Below are positions 54,301-64,000 of a stretch of 64,000 nt of DNA, one piece after another. The stretch's first letter is position 1; every line of letters starts with the position of its first letter. This stretch comes from Sphaerodactylus townsendi (taxonomy: Eukaryota), in assembly GCF_021028975.2 (NCBI RefSeq), contig NC_059427.1, positions 17,422,001-17,486,000 of the forward strand. Reading direction: 5' to 3'. The position numbers were made by a program, and so were the translations under genes. The notes below the pieces were generated by a model, which saw only the letters and a list, made by a program, of their open reading frames with translations, was not told the DNA's origin and made no database searches.

Positions 54301-57236
54301 ATTGTTCCTAGATATTAATAATACATGCACCTTTAACTCAACTTTCTTTCTCAGACCTTGGTTCAGTCAGGAGGATTTACTACTGAACGCCTGGCGGCTG
54401 TAAGCACCCTGAAAGGCCTCCTTTTGTTACACGTTAGGGACTTGTATTTGTGTTTCACCTGGGCCCTCAGGGTCTGCCTAATCAACATTAAGCTTAGATA
54501 TCCGTGTGATTTGGCTCCTTTCATTCAGCTCAGATTGAGAGTTAGAGGTTTTTTTTAATTTCTTAAGGTAACTACAAATAACTAATAAATGTTAATGAAA
54601 CATCGGAATAAATGTCTTTTGATTATTTAATATAAGTGACTAATTAATGCCATTAAATGCGAATAAATGCGATTAGATTTTCAGTGATAACATTTTGACA
54701 TAGCACCTAAAAGACAGTATGGTGAGTTGCTACACACCACAAGTAAGACCTGGATTCCCTTTGGTAGACGCAGGTTTCCTAGCACCCTCAAGCTGCGAAT
54801 CTGCTTTTTCAAAGGGAGTACAACAGACTTACACCTTAAACTCAGCTTGGCTACATTACTGAAAGCCAGAGTATAAATTAATATTATTATTATCAACCCA
54901 AAGAATCTCAGTCTTATATGAATTTATCTTTGATTGACTGGTCTTTACCCAGCCCATTATGGCAGGCTTCTACAAGTTTTCTTTGGCTCCAGGAGCTAGC
55001 ATATAAAATTTAGGTGTCAGACGTATTTTTCAGTCTTCACGGTTTTGTTTTAATTATAACTTTCCCCATAAAGTCAACTATGAAGTACTTTTCAGTTCCT
55101 CACAAGTTTATTCAGGCTATAATGTGAGTTGAGTTGTATATAAAGAAATATAAGTGTTGTTATAACTTTGTAAATAAAATAATTGTTGAAAAATACTAAT
55201 TGCTTCAATTAAATTTCTAGGTGCCACAGCATTAGGGTCTCCAGACACCTGTTCTGTTTACCCACTGCCTCACCCGAATACTAGAAGAGCTAAGTGTCAT
55301 GCACAGAGTGCTGGTATTTCATCTGAAATCTCCAGACAACCTCCCCCAAAGTGCTTCATATTGTAGACTTTTTAAAGTATACCTGGGCTGTTAGTGCTAG
55401 GCTAGAGTTAAGAGGGGATTAATAACCTTCAAGTCATTAATTCATAGGTTTGCCGTAAGTAATAGCTTGAAGGGACATAATACACATAGTATACAACATC
55501 ACATTAAGCCTCTATTAAGTGGGCAAGACATTTTTTCTTCCAGATTGTTGTCAACCCTGGTGGGTAGGGAGATTGGCCTAGCCCTAGCCCTGTCAGCCAT
55601 TTTTTCCTTCCGTATGGTTCCTGATATAAGATTACTCATAAAATTTTGAAACCCACTGGTGAGAAAACAGTTTTATGGGAGGGCGAGTCTCCCTCATCCA
55701 TTCAAAAAATGTATTTAACTCATACAATAGTATGAGTTTAAAAATTTGAAGATTCCACCTCTTCTGAAGTAAACATTTGAAGAAAGTCTGCGCTGTGGTA
55801 ATCCTCTCCCCCAATAAAGGCCCACTTTCTGAGGTAAAGCTTTTGAAGAAACCATGAAATGGAGATAAAAATATTGAAGTAAAAAACTTGGGAGACACAC
55901 AAATCTGCCACTCTCTCAGAGCAATTCTTGTGGGCAGTCTTTTAAAGCAGTCCTGAGTGGGGAAGCTGACCTTATTTATTGACTGAACTGAGGGGATATT
56001 CCAGTCCAGCCCCAAACCATAAAGCTAGGCCATCCATATTCGCCCCCAGGTGGGGTACTTTTACATGTTAAATGGGAAGTATCCTTCCTTGGAGTGGAAG
56101 AAATCTCTCCAGTCAAAAGAAACTTCTACCAACAGAAAAAAATCACAAGATGGAGGAAGCAAAGTGGCTTAATGGAGTGTCATTTACCAGATGATGCCTT
56201 ACAATTCTGTGCCACAAAAAAGCGTCAGCTGCCCATTTTTACACACATCAATCTACTATTAAAGGGTCAAGACTGTTTTTCTCCAAGGAATTGCCAACCC
56301 TAAGGAAGGCTTCTCAGGGTGGAGGCTGTGTCTTAGTGGAGAGTTAGTACAGACAGAGGGCATGATCAAGCATGTTTCCAGTGTGGATGATGTTAATATG
56401 GAATAGGTATCAGAAGGAACTCATAATGTAGTCAGTGTAGGTTTCATATTGAAAAATTACACTGGCATGGAAAACACAAAAACAAAAATAGATTTAACAG
56501 TTATGAGAATGACTGCATGTAAGCCCATGTACAATGGAGAAGTAGCGAACACCACATAATGATATTTAAACAAAAGCCCAGATGGTTCAAAATAAACATA
56601 AGCCATAAGGCAATTATTCATTTGTGTGTGTGTGTAACAAAATGTTAGACTTCATGGGCTTGCTGCTCCCAGGATTGTTTTGGAGACAAACTGATTCAAT
56701 GACTGATTCAATTGACAAGCATCTTGCGCAATGAAATTACCACAGAAATGATAAAACGATCACTGAGATTCATGGGTGTTCATGTTCTTAACAGTTTGAT
56801 GTAAGGGTTTGTTTCTCGAAGAGGGCACTTCCATGAGGCAAAGTTAGGCGGCTGCCTCAGATACCAATATCTGGGGACCGCATATAATGGCTGAATGGGA
56901 GATAAACAGATGTGAACCATAAGCCAATACTTGAAGTTCTCTGTGTAAAACTCTATTGAAACGGTCTTGCCTGTTCTTGATGGTTCAGTCATCCTAACCA
57001 TGAAACTTTAGCATGGACATTTCCTAACAGATTGAGTTAATTTACAACTTAAAACGAGGGTACCATTTGAATTTTCTGCCCTTGGGTAAAATGTCTTAGA
57101 CCAGTTTTGACACCCCAAACAGCTGACCATCTAATAACACTATTATATTGGACCAGGTCTATTAATCTGATTATTCGGCTTGGTGTGCTTCTAAAGTTTC
57201 TGTAACCCAAAAAATCCAGAAGAAGGAAAGATAGGT

Positions 57237-57657
57237 TGTTGTGTGGACAGATACTTATTTAGCAGAGTTAATGCAATAATGAGGCAGAGACCAGTTGCTT
57301 TACTGAAATAAAGTTTACTTACTACAGGGAAGGGAAACTTGGAAGAAAAACAATAAACATCTTTCTTACTAGCTAGCACCAACAGCCAGCTTGCTGCTTA
57401 GACTATTACAGGGCTACTAAGCTATAGACTGAACTCAACTGAGCTGAGCGGACTGACTGACTGAGAGAGTGAGTGAGCATGTGCAGAGTGCAACACAAAG
57501 AAGATATATCTAAAGCCTACGTGCAGACCTGCATGTAGCCCACCCAACCAATAGGTATCAATTACCTGGTCACTGACTTCTGACCTCACTAATTAGCATG
57601 CAACAATTAACTCCTTCATTACTGGATTGTGTGACTGGCACTTGCCAAATCCCATCA
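57237..57657 (-). mobile_element. Putative Gypsy-like solo LTR
   Basis: TGTTG...CATCA termini, apparent TAGGT flanks (the right one overlaps an adjacent MITE), simple GACT/GAGT repeats, CCAAT and TATA-like motifs. Confidence 0.5.
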
Positions 57658-57659
57658 TA

Positions 57660-57815
57660 GGTCGAATCCCCATTACCATCTTAGCCAGGTTTCAGAACAC
57701 AAACTAACCAGGTTTGAGGGACGACCTCCCCGGTCGAATCCCCACTACCGTCTTAACCAGGTTTGAGGTCGTTTGTGTTCTGAAACCTGGCTAAGACGGT
57801 AGTGGGGATTCGACC
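57660..57815. mobile_element. Harbinger-type palindromic MITE
   Basis: TIRs GGTCGAATCCCCA / TGGGGATTCGACC; 3-bp TSD ATA. Confidence 0.75.
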
Positions 57816-59404
57816 ATACTTTACATTCTACTTGTAATTCAATCCCCTGTGCCAGTATGGGAGGAGGTGAGCTCAGAGGCATAGCGGGAATTAGTCCCCT
57901 CCTTAAGCCACTCCAGCCTGGGTATAACCCCTGGAACCAGCAGAATGTTATGCTAGCAAAAATCATAGCATAGTCCAGAAGTGCCCATGTAGGTCAGTGA
58001 AAATAAACTTCCTCATGAGTTGCTATGGCCCTGGTGCCCCAAACATGAGATGGTGCAGAAGCACCATACCCAGCATCCACTGGCCCCCAAATGACACCCA
58101 CCCTCTAGCCAATGTTGACACCTAGCAGGCAATATAGACCACAAGTGGTGTGTGGCCAGACCAGATCAGAAGTGGGATCCAGCAGGTTCTCACCAGTTCC
58201 CGAGAGTGGGTTACTAATTATTTGTGTGTGCCGAGAGGGGGTTAGTAACTGGGTCCGCTTTTCCATCTCCACATCCTTGCCTCCCCGAGAGGCATACTGC
58301 CTTTGAACGTGAAGGTTCCATATAGCAATTGCGACTAATAATGTAACTCCCTGAACTGGGTTAATCCCTTTCAGGTACTGCAATTCATTGATTCTCAGCC
58401 TTTCGTACCTTTTATCTCACCAGTCTCACCAGGTTTGCCTAGGTACGCCTCTGCCCCCTTTGCCGAGGGGGGGCTGGCGAGGGAACCTGTTACTAAAATT
58501 TTTGGATCCCACCACTGGACCAGAAGCCAAGTTTTCATACCCTCATTGCTTTATGATGGGCCATGAAGGCTTGGTTGGTTTTCTCTTTACATTTGGCCAG
58601 CTGTGGGTAGCATTGCCAGCTCTGGGTTGGAAAATTCCTGAGGTGGAGCCTGGGGAGGTCAGAGTTCAGGGACCTCAATGGGGTATAACACCTCACCTTC
58701 CAAAGCTGTAATTTTCTCCAGAGGAATGGATCTCTGCAGTCTGGAGATCAATTGCGATTTCAGATCTCCAGGCCCCACATAGAGGTTGGTAACCCTAAAC
58801 ATCAGGACTCCCTGCGACAGATAGGGAGGAACTGTTAGAGTGAGGGTGTCGGACTAGAACCTCTATAGCCCTGTCCAGTTCACGTTAAGAGAGACTAATG
58901 AAGAAAAAGACCAAAGACTCAAGTTTTTAAGAAAACGAAATTATTTTACTGTGTAGAATAGTATCTCCCACAGGGTGCTCTCTCAAAGGGCATCCCACCC
59001 AGCCAGACAAAAGACCTACCTTATCTCTTTTATAGATACAATTTTTTAAAATAGAAAATTAGAAAATGCATACATTATAGTCCATCACTGAGGCTTTCCC
59101 CTCAGTGATGTAAGGCCATCGTCATAATGATCCCTTCTCTATCCTGATCATATTTCTCCCAGATATGCCTTCATTCCTTTACCTTAAAATCAAATTGGCT
59201 AGTCTCACTTTCCTTACACAAAAGCTGGAATGTTTCCCCTCCCCTTTCAAGAGAGCTGATCTCATCATGCCTGGTTTTTATCAAAGCAGACAGTCCCCAG
59301 AATTCCCAAGGGAGGGGTGTACCAAGAGAGGGACATTTCCAGTGTAAAAAAAGATTTCACATACATACAACTTATTCACTTAAAAGATTAAAAATGATTA
59401 TAAC

Positions 59405-59510
59405 AATAGAATAGAATAGAATAGAATAGAATCTTTATTGGCCAAGTGTGATTGGACACACAAGGAATTTGTCTCCGGTGCATATGCTCTCAGTGTACAT
59501 AAAAGGAAAA
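59405..59510 (-). mobile_element. Rex1-type LINE 3' end with (AATAG)n tail, within a possible ERV LTR (~58833-59865)
   Basis: (AATAG)n then CTTTATTGGCCAAGTGTGATTGGACACACAAGGAATTTG, a common squamate LINE tail. Confidence 0.55.
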
Positions 59511-60749
59511 AAAAAGAAAAAGAAAAAGAAAAATTATTATGATATGTGATTATACTAGACTACATCTTATGCATGCTTTTCATATATTTTACTATAATTT
59601 CAGTGTTCATTAAAATATAGAAAAACACAAGTACAATGATCCTACAAGTTCCATGTCTCCTTTGACTTCTGACCTCTTGACCCTGTACCACTCTCTATCA
59701 CATTCCTTAGCGATCTGGTTTTGCCTGCATCTAACTGCTGACCAGTTGGCCTAGAGAGAGAGAGAGATAAAACCATCTTGATTTTCTTTGGTCATATTGG
59801 TTATACATGCCCTTTATATTCTTTAGTATCAAATACAATTTTCAAGTCTAATCTCCTGTCCCACAAGGGAACTCCACATCTTCAAAAAGGTGATCCCAGC
59901 CTGGAGCCCTCCAGCAATTGTAGTGGTTTGTCAGACTACAGAGGTCAGTTTCCCTGGAGAAATCAGCATCTTTAGTGGGGGTACTCTATGGCATCACATT
60001 GCGGCTAAACTCCCTCCTCTCCCCAAACTCCACCCTCCCAGACACTGCCTCCAAATCACCAGGAATTGCCTGACACAGAATTGGCAACCATAGTTTCCTT
60101 GTAACAATATCTGAATAGTGGCTGCATCATGAAAAGTCTTTAAAAAGAGTGGAAGAGTTTTGATTTGTATCTTGCCTTTCTCCCCTGTAAGGAGTCTCAA
60201 AGCGGCTTACAAACCCCCTCCCTTCCTCTCCCCACAACAGACTCCTTGTGAGGTAAGGAGGCTGGGAGAGTTTGGAGAGAACTGCGACTAGTCCAAGAAG
60301 ACCAGTCACCCAGCAGGCTTCATGTGGATGAGCAGGGAAACAAATCCAGTTCTCCAAATTAGAGTCCACCGCTCTTAACCACTACACGATGAACAAATTC
60401 CAGTGTGTTCAATGGCAGGATAGCCATCTTACTCCATTGTATCAAAATTAAACAGGAGTCCTGAAACCTTTAAAAAAAACACCCTAAATTTGCTCCAACA
60501 TAACCTTACAGAGTCAGGCCTCGTTTCATCAAATGCACCACGAAAGCTTATTTTGTTCATCTTTAAGGGGTTGCTAGACTCCTGAGTAACCAAGTAAAGA
60601 TCCACAGGATGACAACAACCTTCCTTTGCCAGGCTTAATAATGGCCTAATAATAATTCCCCTGGCTAATATTCCAATGTAATATATTGCTTTATTAAAGC
60701 ATGCAATGGCATTTTGTTTTTGTTGTAGACAGGCACACACCCTTTTGAA

Positions 60750-61700
60750 AAGGTTTGGGCTTAAAGATGAATGCTGGTGTCCTACAAACGCTGGCCCCGC
60801 ATTCAATGCGATCCATGGCCGGCTTAGCAAACTCAGCTCGTCACTCTGTGCGCTTTGAGCGCCCTGTCCCGTGTCACAATTGTGACGTGCGTATTTACAC
60901 AAGCGTGTCTCCTGAGCTGTGGCCACCAGAGGGCTCTGATCCTCCAGCCCGGAAGATCCCTCGTGCTCTCTTGTTCTTTGTTCAGAGGTCTGAATCCACG
61001 ACTGTATCCGGTCGGAGGCAGCTGCTCTGGCACCATATTGGGATCTGTTGAAACAAGAGGCCTTGGCTGCAGCTCTTCTTGCGCCCGCCCTAGGAGGGGG
61101 GTTGCTTAGGGGTTGGATCCGGCTCTTGACTCCGCAAGCTCTTGGTACGTGGAGCTCCCAGCTGAGAGAGCAAACATAAAAAACAGATCTGTAGGACGGT
61201 GCAAGGGATGGGTGGGGTTGGAGGGCGGAGCTGTCTGGGTTTTTTGGGGAGGGGGAGGGAAACAGGAAAGGGGCATCCAGAAGCCCCGCTGCGGGGTGGT
61301 CTTTGTCTCTTTGGGGTTGCAATTGGTCCCGATTGGAAGGTTGAAAGCGCGGGGGACAAAGAGGGACGGGGAAGTGTTTTTAAAGGGCAGGAAAGCGAGC
61401 TTAGCGGGTTGTCTGTGTGTGACAATGTAGCTGTAGGGAATATTTTTATACAGACTAATAAATTCTTGGAAAATAATCGCTCAGTAGGAGTGCACCGGGT
61501 GGGCAGAGAGGGTTAGGCTTTTGCACTGCAGCAGCAACTTCCGGGTTTGGGGGGATCCCCCCCCCTCCCGTAGCGCGGGGGAAGTTGGTTGGGGGAGGGA
61601 ATGAGTCATAACAATCGCAGCAACAATTGCATGCCCTGGCATCATATTTTCCCCTCCGTGTAACTGACCGCCTCTAGCTGCTGCTCGTAACCCTCTGGTT
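60750..61700. promoter_or_regulatory. CpG-rich promoter region (likely of the plus-strand ZNF-G running off the window)
   Basis: CpG enrichment, ETS ACTTCCGG at ~61537, GC boxes, CCGATTGG; lies 1.5-2 kb upstream of the KRAB-derived exon. Confidence 0.5.
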
Positions 61701-63152
61701 CCCCAGTGACAATGCTTTGTCTTCATTGGGGCACTTCCCTGTTTTCGAGAAACCTTACAACAACCCTGTAAATAGGTCAGTATTATTCCTATGTTGCATA
61801 TGGCAGAAGAAGCTGAGAGGCTGCTTGGTGGATTCATGGCAGAGAAGAAAGTAAACAAATCAGCCTCCGGTCTTTCACAAGATGAACATATTTATGTGCT
61901 TATTTGGATAAAAACTTCTCAGTAATGCATTGCGAAAGAAGTCTTCAAACAATAAACCTTTACTCAGTAAAAGTGTCACCAAAAGTAGCAGCATATGACC
62001 TGGGACACTGCCAAGCAAAAACTCAGATTCAAAATGGACTTTAAATATTGGCTTGATCAAGACCGAAAGTGTATATTTGTTTCAAATGTGAAATGGTCCT
62101 TTTCAAACTTCTGTCCTGCAGGAGAAGTCAATTTGAGAGCGAACTGGAGTTGAAATGGGAGAAGTGAATCTGAGCATAAATTGCTTCAGTTAAAAGGGAA
62201 CAGAAAAGTCTGGAATTATTTGGCTAATATTAAAAAATAATTAATATCAGAGCTGTGCTGCCCCGCCCCGCCCCCTGTGAATCTGGTAGACATAGAAAGC
62301 TACAGTCTATGTCACATTTGATTTGTGTTGTAACCAGCACTCGGTGAGCAAGACTTCACAAGAAGAGAAGGCGATGGGCAGGTCAAAACATGCAGTTCTG
62401 GTGCTGAGTGTATTGAGTGTATTGAAACTGGATGGTCAAACATTTATATGTTAAGGAGGAGGTGATACTAATAAAATGGCTGACTCCTCAAGAGAGTTGG
62501 GGTATACTGGAATAGGCAGAGGCAGTGTGTAGATGATCACAGCTTTTGAAGGTATAAACCAGACTTACAAAAACAGGAAGTTAGAAGAGGGAGAGCGTTA
62601 AAACGGTACCATGCTGCTAGCCTCCTTGTTTGTTCCTCTTTTATAAATCCCATATTCCATCTCTTGTGCTTTTGTACCCTTTCCCCTTTTAATCTGTTAC
62701 TTAACTTCTATGCCACCATGTGTATACCCATTTATCCTTAGTGTATAATTCATTTTATGATGGCATACATTTTTAATAGTTCACCTTTTAACTGTCTGCA
62801 TTTCAGTCTTGGGTTGCTCTGAGAGATCAGTATTAAAGCTTTTAATGGATGTGTTGCTAATCATACAAAGAACTTATGGGATGAAAGCAGGGACAGGTTG
62901 ACCCATCAGTTTTAACCGTCAGAGGTGGCTAATGTACTTTGTGACTGGATCATAACAGGCAATGCCTTTTTGAAATTCACATCTCAGTGACCAATTAGGT
63001 TCGTGGGTGCTTTTTGCCCTTGTTCAGAATTTATGTTTAGTGGGCAGAGTTGCCTCTTCCTGCCTAAACTTAATTAACTTTATTGCCCTGTGGTTTCTGT
63101 ATGGTAACTGGGGAAGCTGCTTGTGACTGGGGTTTTCTGTTGTTTATTGCAG

Positions 63153-63258
63153 AGGCTGATCTTTCTCTGAAAACGTGGGTACAAGTTTGGGGGGAAGAAG
63201 TGGAAAGGGGCTTCGATAAAGATCATGGAAGAGAATGGTGAGGACGTGAGTTCACTGG
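63153..63258 (+). CDS. Decayed KRAB-A exon of ZNF-G (partial gene; usable ATG at 63225)
   Basis: tttattgcag|...|gtaagg. Phase-0 translation RLIFL*KRGYKFGGKKWKGASIKIMEENGEDVSSL-G resembles KRAB-A (..YFTEEEW...VMEENYENVSSLG) with a stop and a 21-nt deletion relative to the usual 127-nt exon. Confidence 0.7.
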
Positions 63259-64000
63259 GTAAGGATCTCTTCTCTATCTCTGTGAAGCCTCAGGACTGGA
63301 GTGCTTAGATCTGTTTCCCCATGACTGTTTGGTCTTAGGAACGGTTCTTGCAGTGGATGTGGGACTGTTGGTACCACACATAAGCATTACCCTCCATTGC
63401 AATAGGCACAGTCTATCTGCTGTAATTGGCTCCTTCTCTTTGTCGTTCGCTCAGAGGCGAAGTCTTTACATGGCACTGTCTCACAGTACTGGTTCAATAC
63501 TCTAGCAAACAACTAGGAGCATAGAAAATATCCCCGAGGGAGGGGAAATAATTACTTACTTTTCCCCAGGGCCATCTCTTTCTGAAAGGGGAACTCTTTA
63601 ACTACAGGAACGGCACAATCTCTTCTTGTTCCTGGATGATCCCAGTCAGCCACGTGGACTGGCAGGAGGCCAATAAGCTTGTAACATTCTGCCAGTGTGA
63701 AGTAAGAGACTTCCTGCACTACAGCAAGCCTGGTAGATGTGCTCTAAAGCTCATGATCTATAGCTTCATATCCCCTGCTGAGCTCCTTCCCCTCCCAGAC
63801 TCCACCCTAAAATATCCAGGAATTTCCCATCTTGACATTAGCAACCCTAGGACCCGCCACTCACCAATCCCTCCCAGGTTTACCTTCTGGAACTTACTGT
63901 GTCTGAGGGCTCTTTGAGATCAGAAGGAGCTAGTGCAGGGGCCTGCAACCTATGGCTCTCCAGATGTTCATGGACTACAAATCCTATCAGCCCCTGCCAG

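Noticed and set aside
58833-59865. Full ERV LTR with defined boundaries
   Set aside because: TG...CA candidates exist but the flanks (AGGAAC vs AGGGAA) do not give a clean TSD, so the boundaries were not asserted.
60429-61322. 297-aa minus-strand ORF
   Set aside because: Non-ATG start, no recognisable domain, low-complexity composition; spans a GC-rich promoter island where long ORFs arise by chance.

Overview
Vertebrate, almost certainly squamate (gecko-like repeat landscape: Squam3/MIR-type SINEs with (CTT)n tails, CR1, L2, L1, Rex1, RTE, Penelope remnants, abundant hAT and Harbinger-type MITEs) genomic DNA. The window begins with the end of a ~200-bp-period tandem tRNA-Ala(AGC) array (two intact genes, two decayed copies, split by a DNA transposon). 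It continues as a C2H2 zinc-finger gene cluster with at least six ZF exons: five on the minus strand (4.5-5.6, 10.6-11.6, 24.8-25.4, 28.2-28.7, 36.8-38.2 kb pseudogene) and one on the plus strand (45.8-46.9 kb). There is also a relic terminal exon (~18.4-18.8 kb) and the 5' end of a further gene with a decayed KRAB-A exon (63.15-63.26 kb). Most genes appear to consist of a CpG-island first exon plus one ZF exon, with no intact KRAB/SCAN exon visible. The most notable items are: apparent cluster-wide loss of the effector domain; an 8-finger protein built from an alternating two-finger unit; an in-frame splice chain that may fuse neighbouring ZF cassettes; Penelope-type hammerhead ribozyme motifs; a 104-bp mini-LTR with perfect TSD; a perfect 38-bp hairpin; and palindromic MITEs carrying ZNF143/THAP11-like motifs. 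I do not see evidence for a wholly new class of system. Local indel clusters suggest long-read assembly errors, so frameshift-based pseudogene calls are tentative. All calls were made by eye without database searches.
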